Below, piece after piece: positions 1 to 9,141 of a DNA stretch of 64,000 nucleotides; positions within the stretch are counted from its first letter, which is position 1, and each line of letters begins with the position of its first letter. Under the pieces are notes generated by a model. That model was not told the origin of the DNA and did not search any database. It was given only the letters and a program-made list of their open reading frames with translations. The DNA is taken from positions 2,036,590 through 2,100,589 of the forward strand of contig OZ242033.1 in the NCBI GenBank assembly GCA_965205155.1, in the 5' to 3' direction. The stretch is from Candidatus Aldehydirespirator sp. (GTDB lineage: Bacteria > Actinomycetota > Acidimicrobiia > Acidimicrobiales > Aldehydirespiratoraceae). The translations under genes were made by a program, and so were the position numbers.

Positions 1-134
1 CCTTCGTGGCCATGGTCGGCGGCGCGCCGTCGCCGGTGACCCTGGCCGACGGCCGGGCCCCGCTGGTGATGGGCCTGGCTGCCTGGAAGTCGGTCCGCGA
101 GGGCCGCCCGGTGGCCATCGACGAGATCGGCTGA
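1..134 (+). CDS. 3' end of a gene running off the left edge (tail weakly resembles Gfo/Idh/MocA-type oxidoreductases)
   Basis: Open high-GC3 frame from the window edge, ...PLVMGLAAWKSVREGRPVAIDEIG, TGA at 132-134. Confidence 0.35.
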   Translation, partial: FVAMVGGAPSPVTLADGRAPLVMGLAAWKSVREGRPVAIDEIG

Positions 135-339
135 CCGATCATGCGAACCACCCGCACCCCATACCGGAATTGGCAGCGTTTTGCACGGTATGCGTGCGTA
201 ATGCTGCCAGTTCGGTCACGGCCGCACGGGAGGGGACAGCCATGAGGGCCTATGGAGTCCGCGGGCCGCCGCGCTGGAGGCCCAGGGCTACGCGGCCGAT
301 CCCGAGGCCGCGGCCACGCGGATACTGGACGGCTGGTCG

Positions 340-876
340 GTGGAGGCCGCGGCGGCTTGCGGGGCCTCCGCTGCGAAGCTGCTGATCTTCTACCGTCCCG
401 ACCGCGGCGAGCACGCCGCGGTCCAGGAGCGTGTGGCAGATGAGATCCTCGCCGAGTGCCGTCGGGTGGGGATCCCGCTGGTGCTGGAGCCGCTCTTCTA
501 CGGGCTCGATGACCCCGCCGCCCGCCGCGCCATCGTGATCGAGACGGTCGAACGGTTCGCGGCCATGGACCCCCACCTGCTGAAGCTCCCCTTCCCGGTG
601 GACCCGATGCACGAGCCCGACCGCAGCGTGTGGGCCGCCGCCTGCACCCAGATCACCGAGTGCTGCCACATGCCGTGGACTCTGCTGTCGGGCGGCGGCG
701 ACTACGCCTCCTACCGCGATCAGGTGGAAGTAGCGGTCTCGGCGGGCTGCTCCGGCTTCATGGCCGGCCGGGCCCTCTGGGGCGAAGCCGCCCTGGCATC
801 CCCGTCCGACAGGCCGGGGATCATCGCCGACCTAGTCGCCCCCCGCCTAGCCGAACTCCGCAGCCTTCTCGGCTGA
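340..876 (+). CDS. class I aldolase, LacD/tagatose-bisphosphate-aldolase-like, C-terminal part only (probably 5'-truncated)
   Basis: AAKLLIFYRPD, LVLEPL, HLLKLPFPV and GFMAGRALW motifs. Frame is open only back to 202 and the upstream gene ends at 134. Confidence 0.6.
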   Translation: MEAAAACGASAAKLLIFYRPDRGEHAAVQERVADEILAECRRVGIPLVLEPLFYGLDDPAARRAIVIETVERFAAMDPHLLKLPFPVDPMHEPDRSVWAAACTQITECCHMPWTLLSGGGDYASYRDQVEVAVSAGCSGFMAGRALWGEAALASPSDRPGIIADLVAPRLAELRSLLG

Positions 877-906
877 GGCCCGCCAGACGCTCGGCGCCAG
901 CCAGAC

Positions 907-1248
907 CTAACTCGCGGTCGTGTTCGGTGGCGGGAGGCCGATGCCGAAATGCCCCTCGATGCGGGCCAGCCGCTCGCGGGCGTCGGCGAGGCTGCCGGTG
1001 ACCTCGGCGAAGTTCTTCTCCGTCGTGCGGCGGTGATCCGCGAAGTCGTCGAGCAGGTGCTGCTGGCTGGACTCAAGGACCGCGGTCCGGCCGGCGAGTT
1101 CTCGCAGAGCCTCGTTGTTCTCGTCCAGCTTGTCGCGGGTCTTGGCGCCCTCCCGGCGTTGCTCGAAGATGCTCCCAAGCACGGCGACAAACGTCGCGGC
1201 GACAATCGTTAGTAGTGCAGCGTTCAGCGTGAGGAGTGCGGCCTCCAT
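907..1248 (-). CDS. hypothetical N-terminally membrane-anchored coiled-coil protein
   Basis: One hydrophobic helix (LLTLNAALLTIVAATFVAVLGSIF) then heptad-like charged sequence. AT-rich upstream region. Confidence 0.5.
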   Translation of the reverse strand: MEAALLTLNAALLTIVAATFVAVLGSIFEQRREGAKTRDKLDENNEALRELAGRTAVLESSQQHLLDDFADHRRTTEKNFAEVTGSLADARERLARIEGHFGIGLPPPNTTAS

Positions 1249-1423
1249 GCAAGCAACCCTAGAGGCTGAGTCAACAGGAATACAACCCTAATATCATAGA
1301 ATTATCCAAAGATCACTCAGACTTAGGTTCTCGATGCCCGGCTGAGGGGAGGCGCAGTCCCAGCGCCTTCTCGAGGTTCGACAGGTAGTCGGCGTAGGCG
1401 CGCAATCGCTTGAGCGAGGGGAA

Positions 1424-2344
1424 TCAGTAGCCGAGGGCTACGTCTACTAGGCCGAGCAGGTTCTCGCCGGCTAGCCAGCGGCGCACGTTCTCGCGCACCC
1501 GGTTGGTGATCAGCGGCAGGCCCATCTCGCGGGTGTTGCCGATGTGGGGCGTGATCACGCAGTTGGGCAGGGCCCACAAACCTGAGTCGTCGGGCAGGGG
1601 CTCGGGTTCGGTCACGTCCAGAACGGCCCCCGCGATGGTTCCCACGCGAAGCGCGGCCTCCAGCGCGGCGTGGTCGACGTGACCGCCCCGGGCCACGTTC
1701 ACCAGCCAGCACTGCGGCCCCATCGACTCCAGCAGTGCTCCGTCCACCACGCCGCGGGTCTCGTCGGTCAGCGCCAGCGCCACCACAACCGCGTCGGCCC
1801 CGGCCACCGCCTCATGCACATCGGCCAGCGTCATCGTCCGCACTGCGCCCGCGAAAGCCTCCTCGGAGCGCCGCACCACCGTCACCCGGCAGCCCCACGG
1901 CTCCAGCAGGCGGATCAGCGAGCGGGTGATGCCGCCCCCGCCCAGCACGGTGATTCGGGTCCCGAACAGGTTTCGGCCCGACTCCGCGCACCACGAGTCA
2001 GCTGCCGCGAACAGGTGGAAGTCCCGCAGTCCCATAAGCAGCGCGGCCATGACCCATTCCGCCACGGGATCGGCGTACACGCCCTTGGCGCAGGTCCAGG
2101 TCAGGCGGGTGTCGAGGTAGTCGAGGAACGGCTCCACGCCCGCATAGGGGAGCTGCACCCACTCCACCGACGGGGCCGCCGCGATCACCTCCGGGTACAT
2201 GGCGGCCGCATAGGGGTCGGCCCAGATCAGAGCCCCAGCATCGGCCAGGTCCGCCACGTCGCCGCCCGCGTCGCGCACCGCGGCCGCGAAGGCGTCGTAC
2301 ATCACCGGCCGGGTGTCCGGCGCAACCGCGACGAGCCGGCTCAC
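1424..2344 (-). CDS. D-isomer-specific 2-hydroxyacid dehydrogenase, NAD-binding
   Basis: GGGGITRSL Rossmann motif, ARGGHVD, DVTEPEPLP, TPHIG. Confidence 0.85.
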   Translation of the reverse strand: MSRLVAVAPDTRPVMYDAFAAAVRDAGGDVADLADAGALIWADPYAAAMYPEVIAAAPSVEWVQLPYAGVEPFLDYLDTRLTWTCAKGVYADPVAEWVMAALLMGLRDFHLFAAADSWCAESGRNLFGTRITVLGGGGITRSLIRLLEPWGCRVTVVRRSEEAFAGAVRTMTLADVHEAVAGADAVVVALALTDETRGVVDGALLESMGPQCWLVNVARGGHVDHAALEAALRVGTIAGAVLDVTEPEPLPDDSGLWALPNCVITPHIGNTREMGLPLITNRVRENVRRWLAGENLLGLVDVALGY

Positions 2345-2429
2345 GTGGCGTGTCCGGCGGTCACGCGACTGCGGCGACTGGTCCGGCGGCGACCGGTTCG
2401 GTGGCGGCTTCTCGCGGCGATGAGCCGGC

Positions 2430-3056
2430 TCACGACGGGTTGTACTGGCGGTCCCCGGCGTCGCCGAGCCCCGGCAGGATGAACCCGTTGGAGTCGAGGG
2501 ACTCGTCCATTGCGGCCACGCAGACGGCGTCGGCCAGCCCGGAGTCGCGCACCCGCTCGACCCCCTCGGGCGCTGCGATCACGCACACCGCGGTCAGGTG
2601 GCCCACGCCCGCGGCCCGCAGCAGCTCGCAGGCATGCACAATCGATCCGCCGGTGGCCAGCATCGGGTCCAGGACCAGCGCGTCCCGCCCATCGAGCGAC
2701 TCCGGCAGGGTGCTCGCATACTCCCGGGCCACCAGCGTGCTTTCGTTGCGCCTCAAGCCGACGAAGGCGACCTCCACGTCGCCGAGCAGTTCCAGCGCGG
2801 CGTCGAGCATGCCCAGTCCGGCCCGCAGCACCGGCACCACCACCGGGGCACGCTGGAGGCGGGAACCCACCGCCGGGCCCATGGGCGTGGTGACGTCGAC
2901 GGGTTCGAGCGGAGCCTGCCTCATGGCCTCGTACACCAGGATCGAGCTCAGGTCGCGCAGTAGCTGCCTGAACTCATGGTTCGGGGTGGACGCGTCGCGC
3001 AGGCGGGTCACCCGCTCGGCCACCAGGGCATTGTCGACGACGTGGATCTCGGTCAC
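2430..3056 (-). CDS. upp: uracil phosphoribosyltransferase
   Basis: Full-length 208 aa. VLDPMLATGGS PRPP motif and C-terminal ILPGLGDAGDRQY. Confidence 0.9.
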   Translation of the reverse strand: MTEIHVVDNALVAERVTRLRDASTPNHEFRQLLRDLSSILVYEAMRQAPLEPVDVTTPMGPAVGSRLQRAPVVVPVLRAGLGMLDAALELLGDVEVAFVGLRRNESTLVAREYASTLPESLDGRDALVLDPMLATGGSIVHACELLRAAGVGHLTAVCVIAAPEGVERVRDSGLADAVCVAAMDESLDSNGFILPGLGDAGDRQYNPS

Positions 3057-6000
3057 GGCCTTCTGATTATCTCGATTCGCCCGCCCTCACCGTAGAGCGC
3101 GGCGGCCACCGACTGCACGTCCTCGGGCGTCAGGCGGGCCAGCAACTGGGCCCGTCGCGCCTGGGTCAGCACGCTCTCATCGCCGACGAGGGGCTGGGAG
3201 AGCAGCGTGTTGAGCAGGTGGCTGTTGGTGGACTCGCGGTAGTCGGCGGCCCGGATGGCCAATGCCTGTGCGTACTCGGCGGCGGTGAGCCCGTTGGCCG
3301 CCACGTCGGCGAGTATCTTGAGGACCTCGGCGTAGACCTCGTCGTAGCGGGCCGGATCGAGGGTGAAGAACACCGCCGAATCGACGACGTGCTCGGGGAC
3401 GGCGCCGGTGTCGATCCGGGCGCCCGCCGTGTAGGAGGCCCCCAGTTCCTCGCGGATCGTCAGGAAGAGACGATTGCTGAGCGCGGTCGACAGCACATCG
3501 GTGGCGACCGAACGGAGCGGGGTCACCGCGAGGTCGGCCTCCTGGTAGATCACCAGGATGGCGCTCTCGCCCTCGGTGAGCATGATCTCGCGCTGCACCA
3601 GCTCCGACGGCATGGGCCGGCGACGGTTGACGAAGCTGTCGGGCTCGCCCGCCGGCAGGGTGCCGATGTAGTGGCGGGCCAGGCTCTCGATGACCGAAGC
3701 GTCGATGTCCCCGACGACGGCCACCACCATGTCGTCGACCGACCCGAGACGGCTCTGGTACAGCGACAGCAGGCGCTGCGGGGTGAGCGACGCGATCTCC
3801 TCGCGGCTGGCCACGATGCGGTGCCAGGTGTCGCCGTAGCGGGCCTCCCAGTAGGCCACCGACGCCTGCAGGCGGGGATCGCTCTCGGCTCGCGCCACCC
3901 GCTCCTCGGCGGTGTTGACGGCGTCGCCGTAGGCCCGGTCGTCCACCCGCGGCGCGGTCATCAGCAGGTGCATGAGCTGGAACATGGTCTCGGCGTCCTC
4001 GGGGCTGGCCCCGGCGTTGAAGCCCTCGACCGACTCGCCGATATAGGCGTTGACCACCGCGGCCCGGTCCTCGAGGAACCGGCTCAGCTGCGACCGGGAC
4101 AGGTCGCCCAGGCCGCTGCCCTGGACCGCGTCCAGCGCGATGGCCGACAGGGCCCGGTCGCCGGGCTGGAGGACCGACCAGCCTCCCAGCGACTGGGTGC
4201 GCATGTGGACCAGTCCGGCGGAGATGTCGGAGGGCGCGAAGATCACCCGCGCCCCGTTGGCGAACTCCCACTGGTAGGCGTCCGGCAGCACGTCGACGGG
4301 TCCCTCCGAGACCGGTGCGACCGGCTCGGGCGCGGACATGAGCTCCGTGACGGCGGCCTCCTCGGGCGGTGGAGGCCCGGGCTCGGCAGCCGCCCAGGCC
4401 GCATCGAGGTCGGCCTCCGTCGGCACGCTGGAGGGGTCGGGGCCGACCGCGATGGCCAGCAGCCCGCCCCGGTTCATCTGCCAGCGGTAGTGCTCGGTGA
4501 GCTCCTCGGGCGTTATCTGCTCGAGCAGCGCCACCGTGCGCAGCACCGCCGTCGCGACGGCGCTTATGTCGGCGCCGTAGAAGAAGTGGTTCTCGTAGAG
4601 CCCCGCCCACGCTTCGTCCTGGGTGGTGGATGCCCTGTTCAGCTGCAACTCGAGGGAGACCAGCCGTTGGCTGATGGCACGCCGGAGGTCTCCGGCGGTG
4701 AAGCCGTGCTCCTGCGCGGTGAGCAGCACCGCGAGATAGTCCGTCGAGGCGGTGTCGAGGTTGTCGCCCCGCCAGTTGGTGCCGTAGTAGCGCAGACCCC
4801 GGGTGTAGGTGAAGGCGAAGAAGCTGGGAGGATCGACCTGGCTCAGCTCCCCTCGCTGGTAGGCGTCGTCGAGACGGTTCTGGATCATCACCTCGATGAG
4901 GGTCTCCATCGTTGAGAGCCGGTCCCCGCCGACGGTGCTCAGGTCGTGGGGGGCGATGGGAATGTCGAGGGAGATGTACGAGTAGGCCTGCCTCGGGTCG
5001 GTGAACACATGGGACGAGGACTCCGGGTCGGGGGTTATGTCCGCTCTGGGCGGTCGGCGGCCCTCGCCGGCCGGCAGCGGCGCGAAGTACTCCTCCACCA
5101 GCGCCTCGAGGTCCTCGACGGACATGTCGCCCACGGCCACCACCGCCAGGTTGGCGGGGACGTACCACTTGTCGTAGAAGTCGCGCAGCATCTCGGGTGT
5201 GAACGAGTTCACGGTGCCGGCGTTGCCGATCGGGTCCCGGCCCTCGTAGGGGGTGCCCCGGGTGTAGATCCGGTCGAACCCGCGTGTGATGGTGCCGCTG
5301 AGGCTCGCCAGCGCGAGGCGCATCTCGTCGAGGACCACACCCCGCTCGGATTCGACCGCCTCGGCCTCGAACGTGGCCGAACCGGCCATCTGCGACAGGG
5401 CGTGGAACACCCGGGCCACGTCGGCGGGGTCGTCGGTGCGCACCTGGGCCTCGTAGACGGTCTCGTCGTAGCCCACATGGGCGTTCACGTCGGGCCCGAG
5501 CTCGACGCCGATCTCCCGCAGCGCCGCATCCAGGGTATTGCCGGGATAGTCGGCGGTGCCGTTGAACAGCATGTGCTCGACGAAGTGCCCGATGCCGGCT
5601 TCGTGGTCGGCCTCGTCGACCGATCCGACGTTGACGAGCAGCCGCACGTCGAGGCTGTCGCCCGGGCTGTCGTTTTGGCGCAGGTAGTACGTGAGGCCGT
5701 TGTCGAGTTTCCCGACGGTCACGGCCGGGTCGATGGGCAGCGGGGCGGGGTCCTGGGCGGGCACCGGTTCGGCCGGGTACACCAGCCCGATCGCCCGGGC
5801 CAGGAATGTGGCCATCTCTCCGCGGGTCACATTGTCCTGCGGGCAGTAGCGGGCCGGGTCGCGGTAGCACCCGGCTGTGATCCGCGCGGCTGCGAGCCGG
5901 TCGACGTCGTGGGCGAAGACATGATCGGCGGGCACGTCCGCGAAACCGGCCCTCACACCCTCGTCCAGGTTGAAGGCTCTAGCCAGGACCGCCGCCATCC

Positions 6001-6436
6001 GGCCGCGGTCGACGGGGTCGTCAGGGCAGAAGCTCAAGGGGTCGGTCTCGCACCCCTCGACGATTCCCAGCTCGGCGAGGCGCTCCACGTGCGGGGACCA
6101 CCATGCATCCGGGTCGACATCGGCGAAACGCGACGTCTCGGCCGCGGGCGGGTCGGCGCGGTCGAGGGTCCTGGCCAGCCAGACCGCCATCTCCCAGCGG
6201 GGAAGGTCCTCGTTGGGGCAGAGTTCGTCACTGTCGGCGCAGCCGGTGCGGGAGAACATGTCCACGCCCGTATGGATCTCGAATCTCGCCAGCGCATCGA
6301 TGGAAGGCTGATGGACGCCGGCGTCCTGGCTCGGCGCCGGCGCCGTCTGGCCGGCGGCGGCGGGGGCAAGGGCGAGGACCGAGGCCGCGATGGCGAGGGC
6401 GGCCAGCACGGCGATGCGGCGGTGGGCTTGGAGCAT
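3053..6436 (-). CDS. secreted M16 (insulinase/pitrilysin-type) zinc peptidase with three N-terminal SLH-like repeats
   Basis: HFVEHMLFNGT (HxxEH). Signal peptide MLQAHRRIAVLAALAIAASVLALAPAAAG preceded by AGGAGA. Three FADV...GI..GC...FCP....TR.EMA repeats. Start moved from 6541 to ATG 6436. Confidence 0.85.
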   Translation of the reverse strand: MLQAHRRIAVLAALAIAASVLALAPAAAGQTAPAPSQDAGVHQPSIDALARFEIHTGVDMFSRTGCADSDELCPNEDLPRWEMAVWLARTLDRADPPAAETSRFADVDPDAWWSPHVERLAELGIVEGCETDPLSFCPDDPVDRGRMAAVLARAFNLDEGVRAGFADVPADHVFAHDVDRLAAARITAGCYRDPARYCPQDNVTRGEMATFLARAIGLVYPAEPVPAQDPAPLPIDPAVTVGKLDNGLTYYLRQNDSPGDSLDVRLLVNVGSVDEADHEAGIGHFVEHMLFNGTADYPGNTLDAALREIGVELGPDVNAHVGYDETVYEAQVRTDDPADVARVFHALSQMAGSATFEAEAVESERGVVLDEMRLALASLSGTITRGFDRIYTRGTPYEGRDPIGNAGTVNSFTPEMLRDFYDKWYVPANLAVVAVGDMSVEDLEALVEEYFAPLPAGEGRRPPRADITPDPESSSHVFTDPRQAYSYISLDIPIAPHDLSTVGGDRLSTMETLIEVMIQNRLDDAYQRGELSQVDPPSFFAFTYTRGLRYYGTNWRGDNLDTASTDYLAVLLTAQEHGFTAGDLRRAISQRLVSLELQLNRASTTQDEAWAGLYENHFFYGADISAVATAVLRTVALLEQITPEELTEHYRWQMNRGGLLAIAVGPDPSSVPTEADLDAAWAAAEPGPPPPEEAAVTELMSAPEPVAPVSEGPVDVLPDAYQWEFANGARVIFAPSDISAGLVHMRTQSLGGWSVLQPGDRALSAIALDAVQGSGLGDLSRSQLSRFLEDRAAVVNAYIGESVEGFNAGASPEDAETMFQLMHLLMTAPRVDDRAYGDAVNTAEERVARAESDPRLQASVAYWEARYGDTWHRIVASREEIASLTPQRLLSLYQSRLGSVDDMVVAVVGDIDASVIESLARHYIGTLPAGEPDSFVNRRRPMPSELVQREIMLTEGESAILVIYQEADLAVTPLRSVATDVLSTALSNRLFLTIREELGASYTAGARIDTGAVPEHVVDSAVFFTLDPARYDEVYAEVLKILADVAANGLTAAEYAQALAIRAADYRESTNSHLLNTLLSQPLVGDESVLTQARRAQLLARLTPEDVQSVAAALYGEGGRIEIIRRP

Positions 6437-6500
6437 GGCTGAGTCTCCTGGGGTCCGGTGGGGGGTCGGGGCGGGGGAGGGCTTCAGGTGCGGCCTCGCG

Positions 6501-7547
6501 TCAAGCGGGGGGCTCGCTCTGGGCCGCCTCCAGCGGAGCATATCGAGGCTTGACGATGCCCTCGATTATCTGCAGCCGTTCCCGGAACGGCAGGAAGCTC
6601 GACTTCATGGCGTTGACCGTCAGCCACCGCAGGCGGGTCCAGTCGTATCCGAACGCATCGACGAGGGCGGCCATCTCCGAGGTCATCGACACGTTCGACA
6701 TCAGCCGGTTGTCGGTGTTGACCGTCACCCGGAACCGCAGGTCGACCAGCGTGTCGATGGGGTGCTCCGCAACCGAGGCGAACACGCCGGTGTTGACGTT
6801 TGAGGTGGGGCACACCTCCAGGGGGATGCGGCGGTCCCTGATGTAGTGGGCCAGCCGGCCCAACGTGCGGTCGCCGCCGTCGTCGGTGGCGATGTCCTCG
6901 ATGATGCGGATGCCGTGACCGAGGCGCTCGGCGCCGCAGAACTGCAGGGCCTTCCAGATCGAGCGGGGGCCGTAGGCCTCGCCCGCGTGGATGGTGATGT
7001 GGAAGTTCTCGCGATGGCAGTACTGGAACGCGGCCAGGTGGTCGTCGGGGGGATACCCGTCCTCGGGTCCGGCGATGTCGAAGGCCACCACACCCTGGTC
7101 CCTCCAGCGGACCGCGGCCTCGGCCACCTCGACCGACCGGTGCAGATGGCGCATTGCGCTGCAGATCGCCCGGATGGTCAGGGCGGTTCCGGAGCTCCCC
7201 TGGGAGAATCCCTCGAGGACCGCCTCGACGGCTCCGTCGAGGGTGAGGCCCCGCTCGACGTGCAACTCGGGCGCGAACCTCACCTCGGCGTAGACGACCC
7301 CGTCGGCCGCGAGGTCCTCGGCACACTCGCGTGCCACCCGCACGACGGCGTCGGGGGTCTGCATCACCCCGACGGTGTGGGCGAACGTCTCCAGGTAGAG
7401 GGTCAGGTCCTTGCGGTTGGCGCCCCGCTGCATCCAGGAGGACAGCCCGGCCGGATCGGTGGTGGGCAGATCTGCGTAGCCGGTCTCGTCGGCCAGTTCG
7501 ATGATGGTCTCCGGGCGCAGCCCGCCGTCGAGATGGTCGTGGAGCAC
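6501..7547 (-). CDS. add: adenosine deaminase
   Basis: LHDHLDGG, TIHAGE and NTDNRLMS motifs. First canonical start is GTG 7547, but the frame stays open to 7622 (see finding). Confidence 0.85.
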   Translation of the reverse strand: MLHDHLDGGLRPETIIELADETGYADLPTTDPAGLSSWMQRGANRKDLTLYLETFAHTVGVMQTPDAVVRVARECAEDLAADGVVYAEVRFAPELHVERGLTLDGAVEAVLEGFSQGSSGTALTIRAICSAMRHLHRSVEVAEAAVRWRDQGVVAFDIAGPEDGYPPDDHLAAFQYCHRENFHITIHAGEAYGPRSIWKALQFCGAERLGHGIRIIEDIATDDGGDRTLGRLAHYIRDRRIPLEVCPTSNVNTGVFASVAEHPIDTLVDLRFRVTVNTDNRLMSNVSMTSEMAALVDAFGYDWTRLRWLTVNAMKSSFLPFRERLQIIEGIVKPRYAPLEAAQSEPPA

Positions 7548-7635
7548 AACCTTGGGGGCGTGGCGGATGCGGGCAGGGGTAGGAGGGCCGACCTCGGCAG
7601 CGTTCTCGGGATTCAGGATGCCTCAGGGTAGCCTG

Positions 7636-8874
7636 ATGGTCCTGATGACCCTTTCTGATCCACTCATGGACGATCGCCCCCTCGGAGCCGACGCGGCTGA
7701 ACCTATCCCGACCGGGTCCGGCACCTTCGCCGAACTCGGGTTGCGCGACGAGATCGTGGTGGCGTTGACGGCGCGGGGGATCACCGCTCCGTTCCCCATC
7801 CAGACGCTCACCATTCCCGATGCGCTCGCCGGGCGCGACGTGTGCGGCAAGGCCAAGACCGGCTCGGGCAAGACCCTAGCCTTCGGCCTTCCGGTGTTGC
7901 AGCGGCTTCCCCGGTCCGAGCCCGGCTCGCCCACCGGCCTGGTGCTGGCGCCCACCCGCGAGCTGGCCAACCAGATCTGTGACGAGCTGGCTGCGCCTGC
8001 GGCCGCGGTGCGCCGGCGTGTGCTCGCCACCTACGGCGGGGCGCCCATCGACAAGCAGATCAACCGGCTGCGCGCCGGTGTCGATCTGGTGGTGGCCACG
8101 CCGGGCCGGATGATCGACCTGATCGACCGGGGCGCGGTGAACCTGCGAGCCGTGCGCCATGTGGTGGTGGACGAGGCCGACCGGATGGCCGACATGGGAT
8201 TCCTGCCCCAGGTCGAGTGGGTCCTGCGCAACGTCGAGAGCGGGCATCAGACGCTGCTGTTCTCGGCCACCCTCGACGGCGCGGTCGACTCGTTGATCAG
8301 GCGCTACCAGAGCAACCCCGCGATGCACTCGGTGGCTCCCCGCGAGATCACCGTGGCCGAGATGGTCCACCGATTCGTGGGGGTCCACAAGCTCGACAAG
8401 GTGAAGGTGGCCGCGGCCATCGCCGGCCCGGTGAGGCGCACGCTGATGTTCACCCGGACCAAGGTGGCCGCCGACCGCCTGGCCCGCGATCTGCGACGCG
8501 AGGGCGTCAAGGCCTCGCCCATACACGGCGACCTGCGCCAGACGGCCCGCGAGAAGTCCTTGAGCCAGTTCATCGCCGGCGAACTCCCAGTGCTGGTGGC
8601 GACCGATGTGGCCGCCCGGGGGATCCACGTCGACGATGTGGATGTGGTGGTGCAGTACGACCCGCCCTCGGATCACAAGACCTACGTGCACCGGTCTGGG
8701 CGCACCGCCCGGGCCGGCGAGTCCGGCGTGGTGGTGACCCTCTCGTTGTGGCACGAGGAACTAGACGTGAAGAGGCTCCAGCGGCGGCTCGAACTCGACG
8801 AGCCGATCGTTGAGATGTTCTCCAATGACGCCCGCTTGAAGAATCTGGTCCACTGGGACCGGAGCGCGCGTTGA
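7636..8874 (+). CDS. DEAD-box ATP-dependent RNA helicase
   Basis: Q-motif FPIQ, AKTGSGKT, VVDEADRM, FSAT, HRSGRTARAG. ORF-track start 7501 is antisense to add, so the start was moved to an internal ATG (7636, 7645 and 7666 are all possible). Confidence 0.85.
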   Translation: MVLMTLSDPLMDDRPLGADAAEPIPTGSGTFAELGLRDEIVVALTARGITAPFPIQTLTIPDALAGRDVCGKAKTGSGKTLAFGLPVLQRLPRSEPGSPTGLVLAPTRELANQICDELAAPAAAVRRRVLATYGGAPIDKQINRLRAGVDLVVATPGRMIDLIDRGAVNLRAVRHVVVDEADRMADMGFLPQVEWVLRNVESGHQTLLFSATLDGAVDSLIRRYQSNPAMHSVAPREITVAEMVHRFVGVHKLDKVKVAAAIAGPVRRTLMFTRTKVAADRLARDLRREGVKASPIHGDLRQTAREKSLSQFIAGELPVLVATDVAARGIHVDDVDVVVQYDPPSDHKTYVHRSGRTARAGESGVVVTLSLWHEELDVKRLQRRLELDEPIVEMFSNDARLKNLVHWDRSAR

Positions 8875-8911
8875 TCCTCGCGGCGGCCTAGACTGGTCGG
8901 CGACCCTTACG

Positions 8912-9010
8912 GGTCACGTCATCAAGAGCGGTTCGGCCCCGCGGGGTCGGGCCCGGCAACCTGGGACGGACACCCAAGGTGCCATCCCGCCTCCGGGCGG
9001 GGATGCGGCG
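8912..9010 (+). promoter_or_regulatory. SAM riboswitch of the SAM-I clan (SAM-I/IV-like, no kink-turn in P2)
   Basis: UCAUCAAGAG...GGCAACC...AAGGUGCC core. P1 is CGUCAUC/GAUGCG, P2 is a perfect 11-bp hairpin GGUUCGGCCCC/GGGGUCGGGCC, P3 is UGGG/CCCA, P4 is CCCGCC/GGCGGG. Sits directly upstream of metX. Confidence 0.65.
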
Positions 9011-9141
9011 CCGGCCCGGCCGGCGCAACCAAGTGTCCTACGGGGAACCCCCGCAGTCACTGGCCCTTGAGTATCCGGTCCGGCCGCCGGCCGCCGGTCC
9101 AGAGGAGCGGGGGCGCTGAGCACCGGAAGCGAGGAGCAAGG

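Noticed and set aside
1323-1420. Minus-strand fragment ...SLKRLRAYADYLSNLEKALGLRL resembling the C-terminus of an XRE-type regulator
   Set aside because: It is about 30 residues with no start and an ambiguous family. It is not enough to annotate.
3177-5870. Very long alternative-frame and antisense ORFs (for example 3177-5870, 3218-4915, 8914-10503, 26359-27699, 53434-55089, 55707-56804, 57530-58669, 58837-59808, 43038-43970)
   Set aside because: Their translations are Arg/Pro/Gly/Ala-rich with no motifs. They overlap genes that have clear family signatures. This is the usual artefact of stop-poor off-frames in high-GC DNA.
7501-7635. N-terminal extensions suggested by the ORF track (helicase from 7501, M16 from 6541, RCC1 protein from 25576, 53215, 45365-47134, 43500-44993, 39788, 11434, 12591)
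   Set aside because: The extensions are Arg-rich, overlap neighbouring genes or tRNAs, and precede obvious signal peptides or SD-start pairs. Starts were moved to internal codons.
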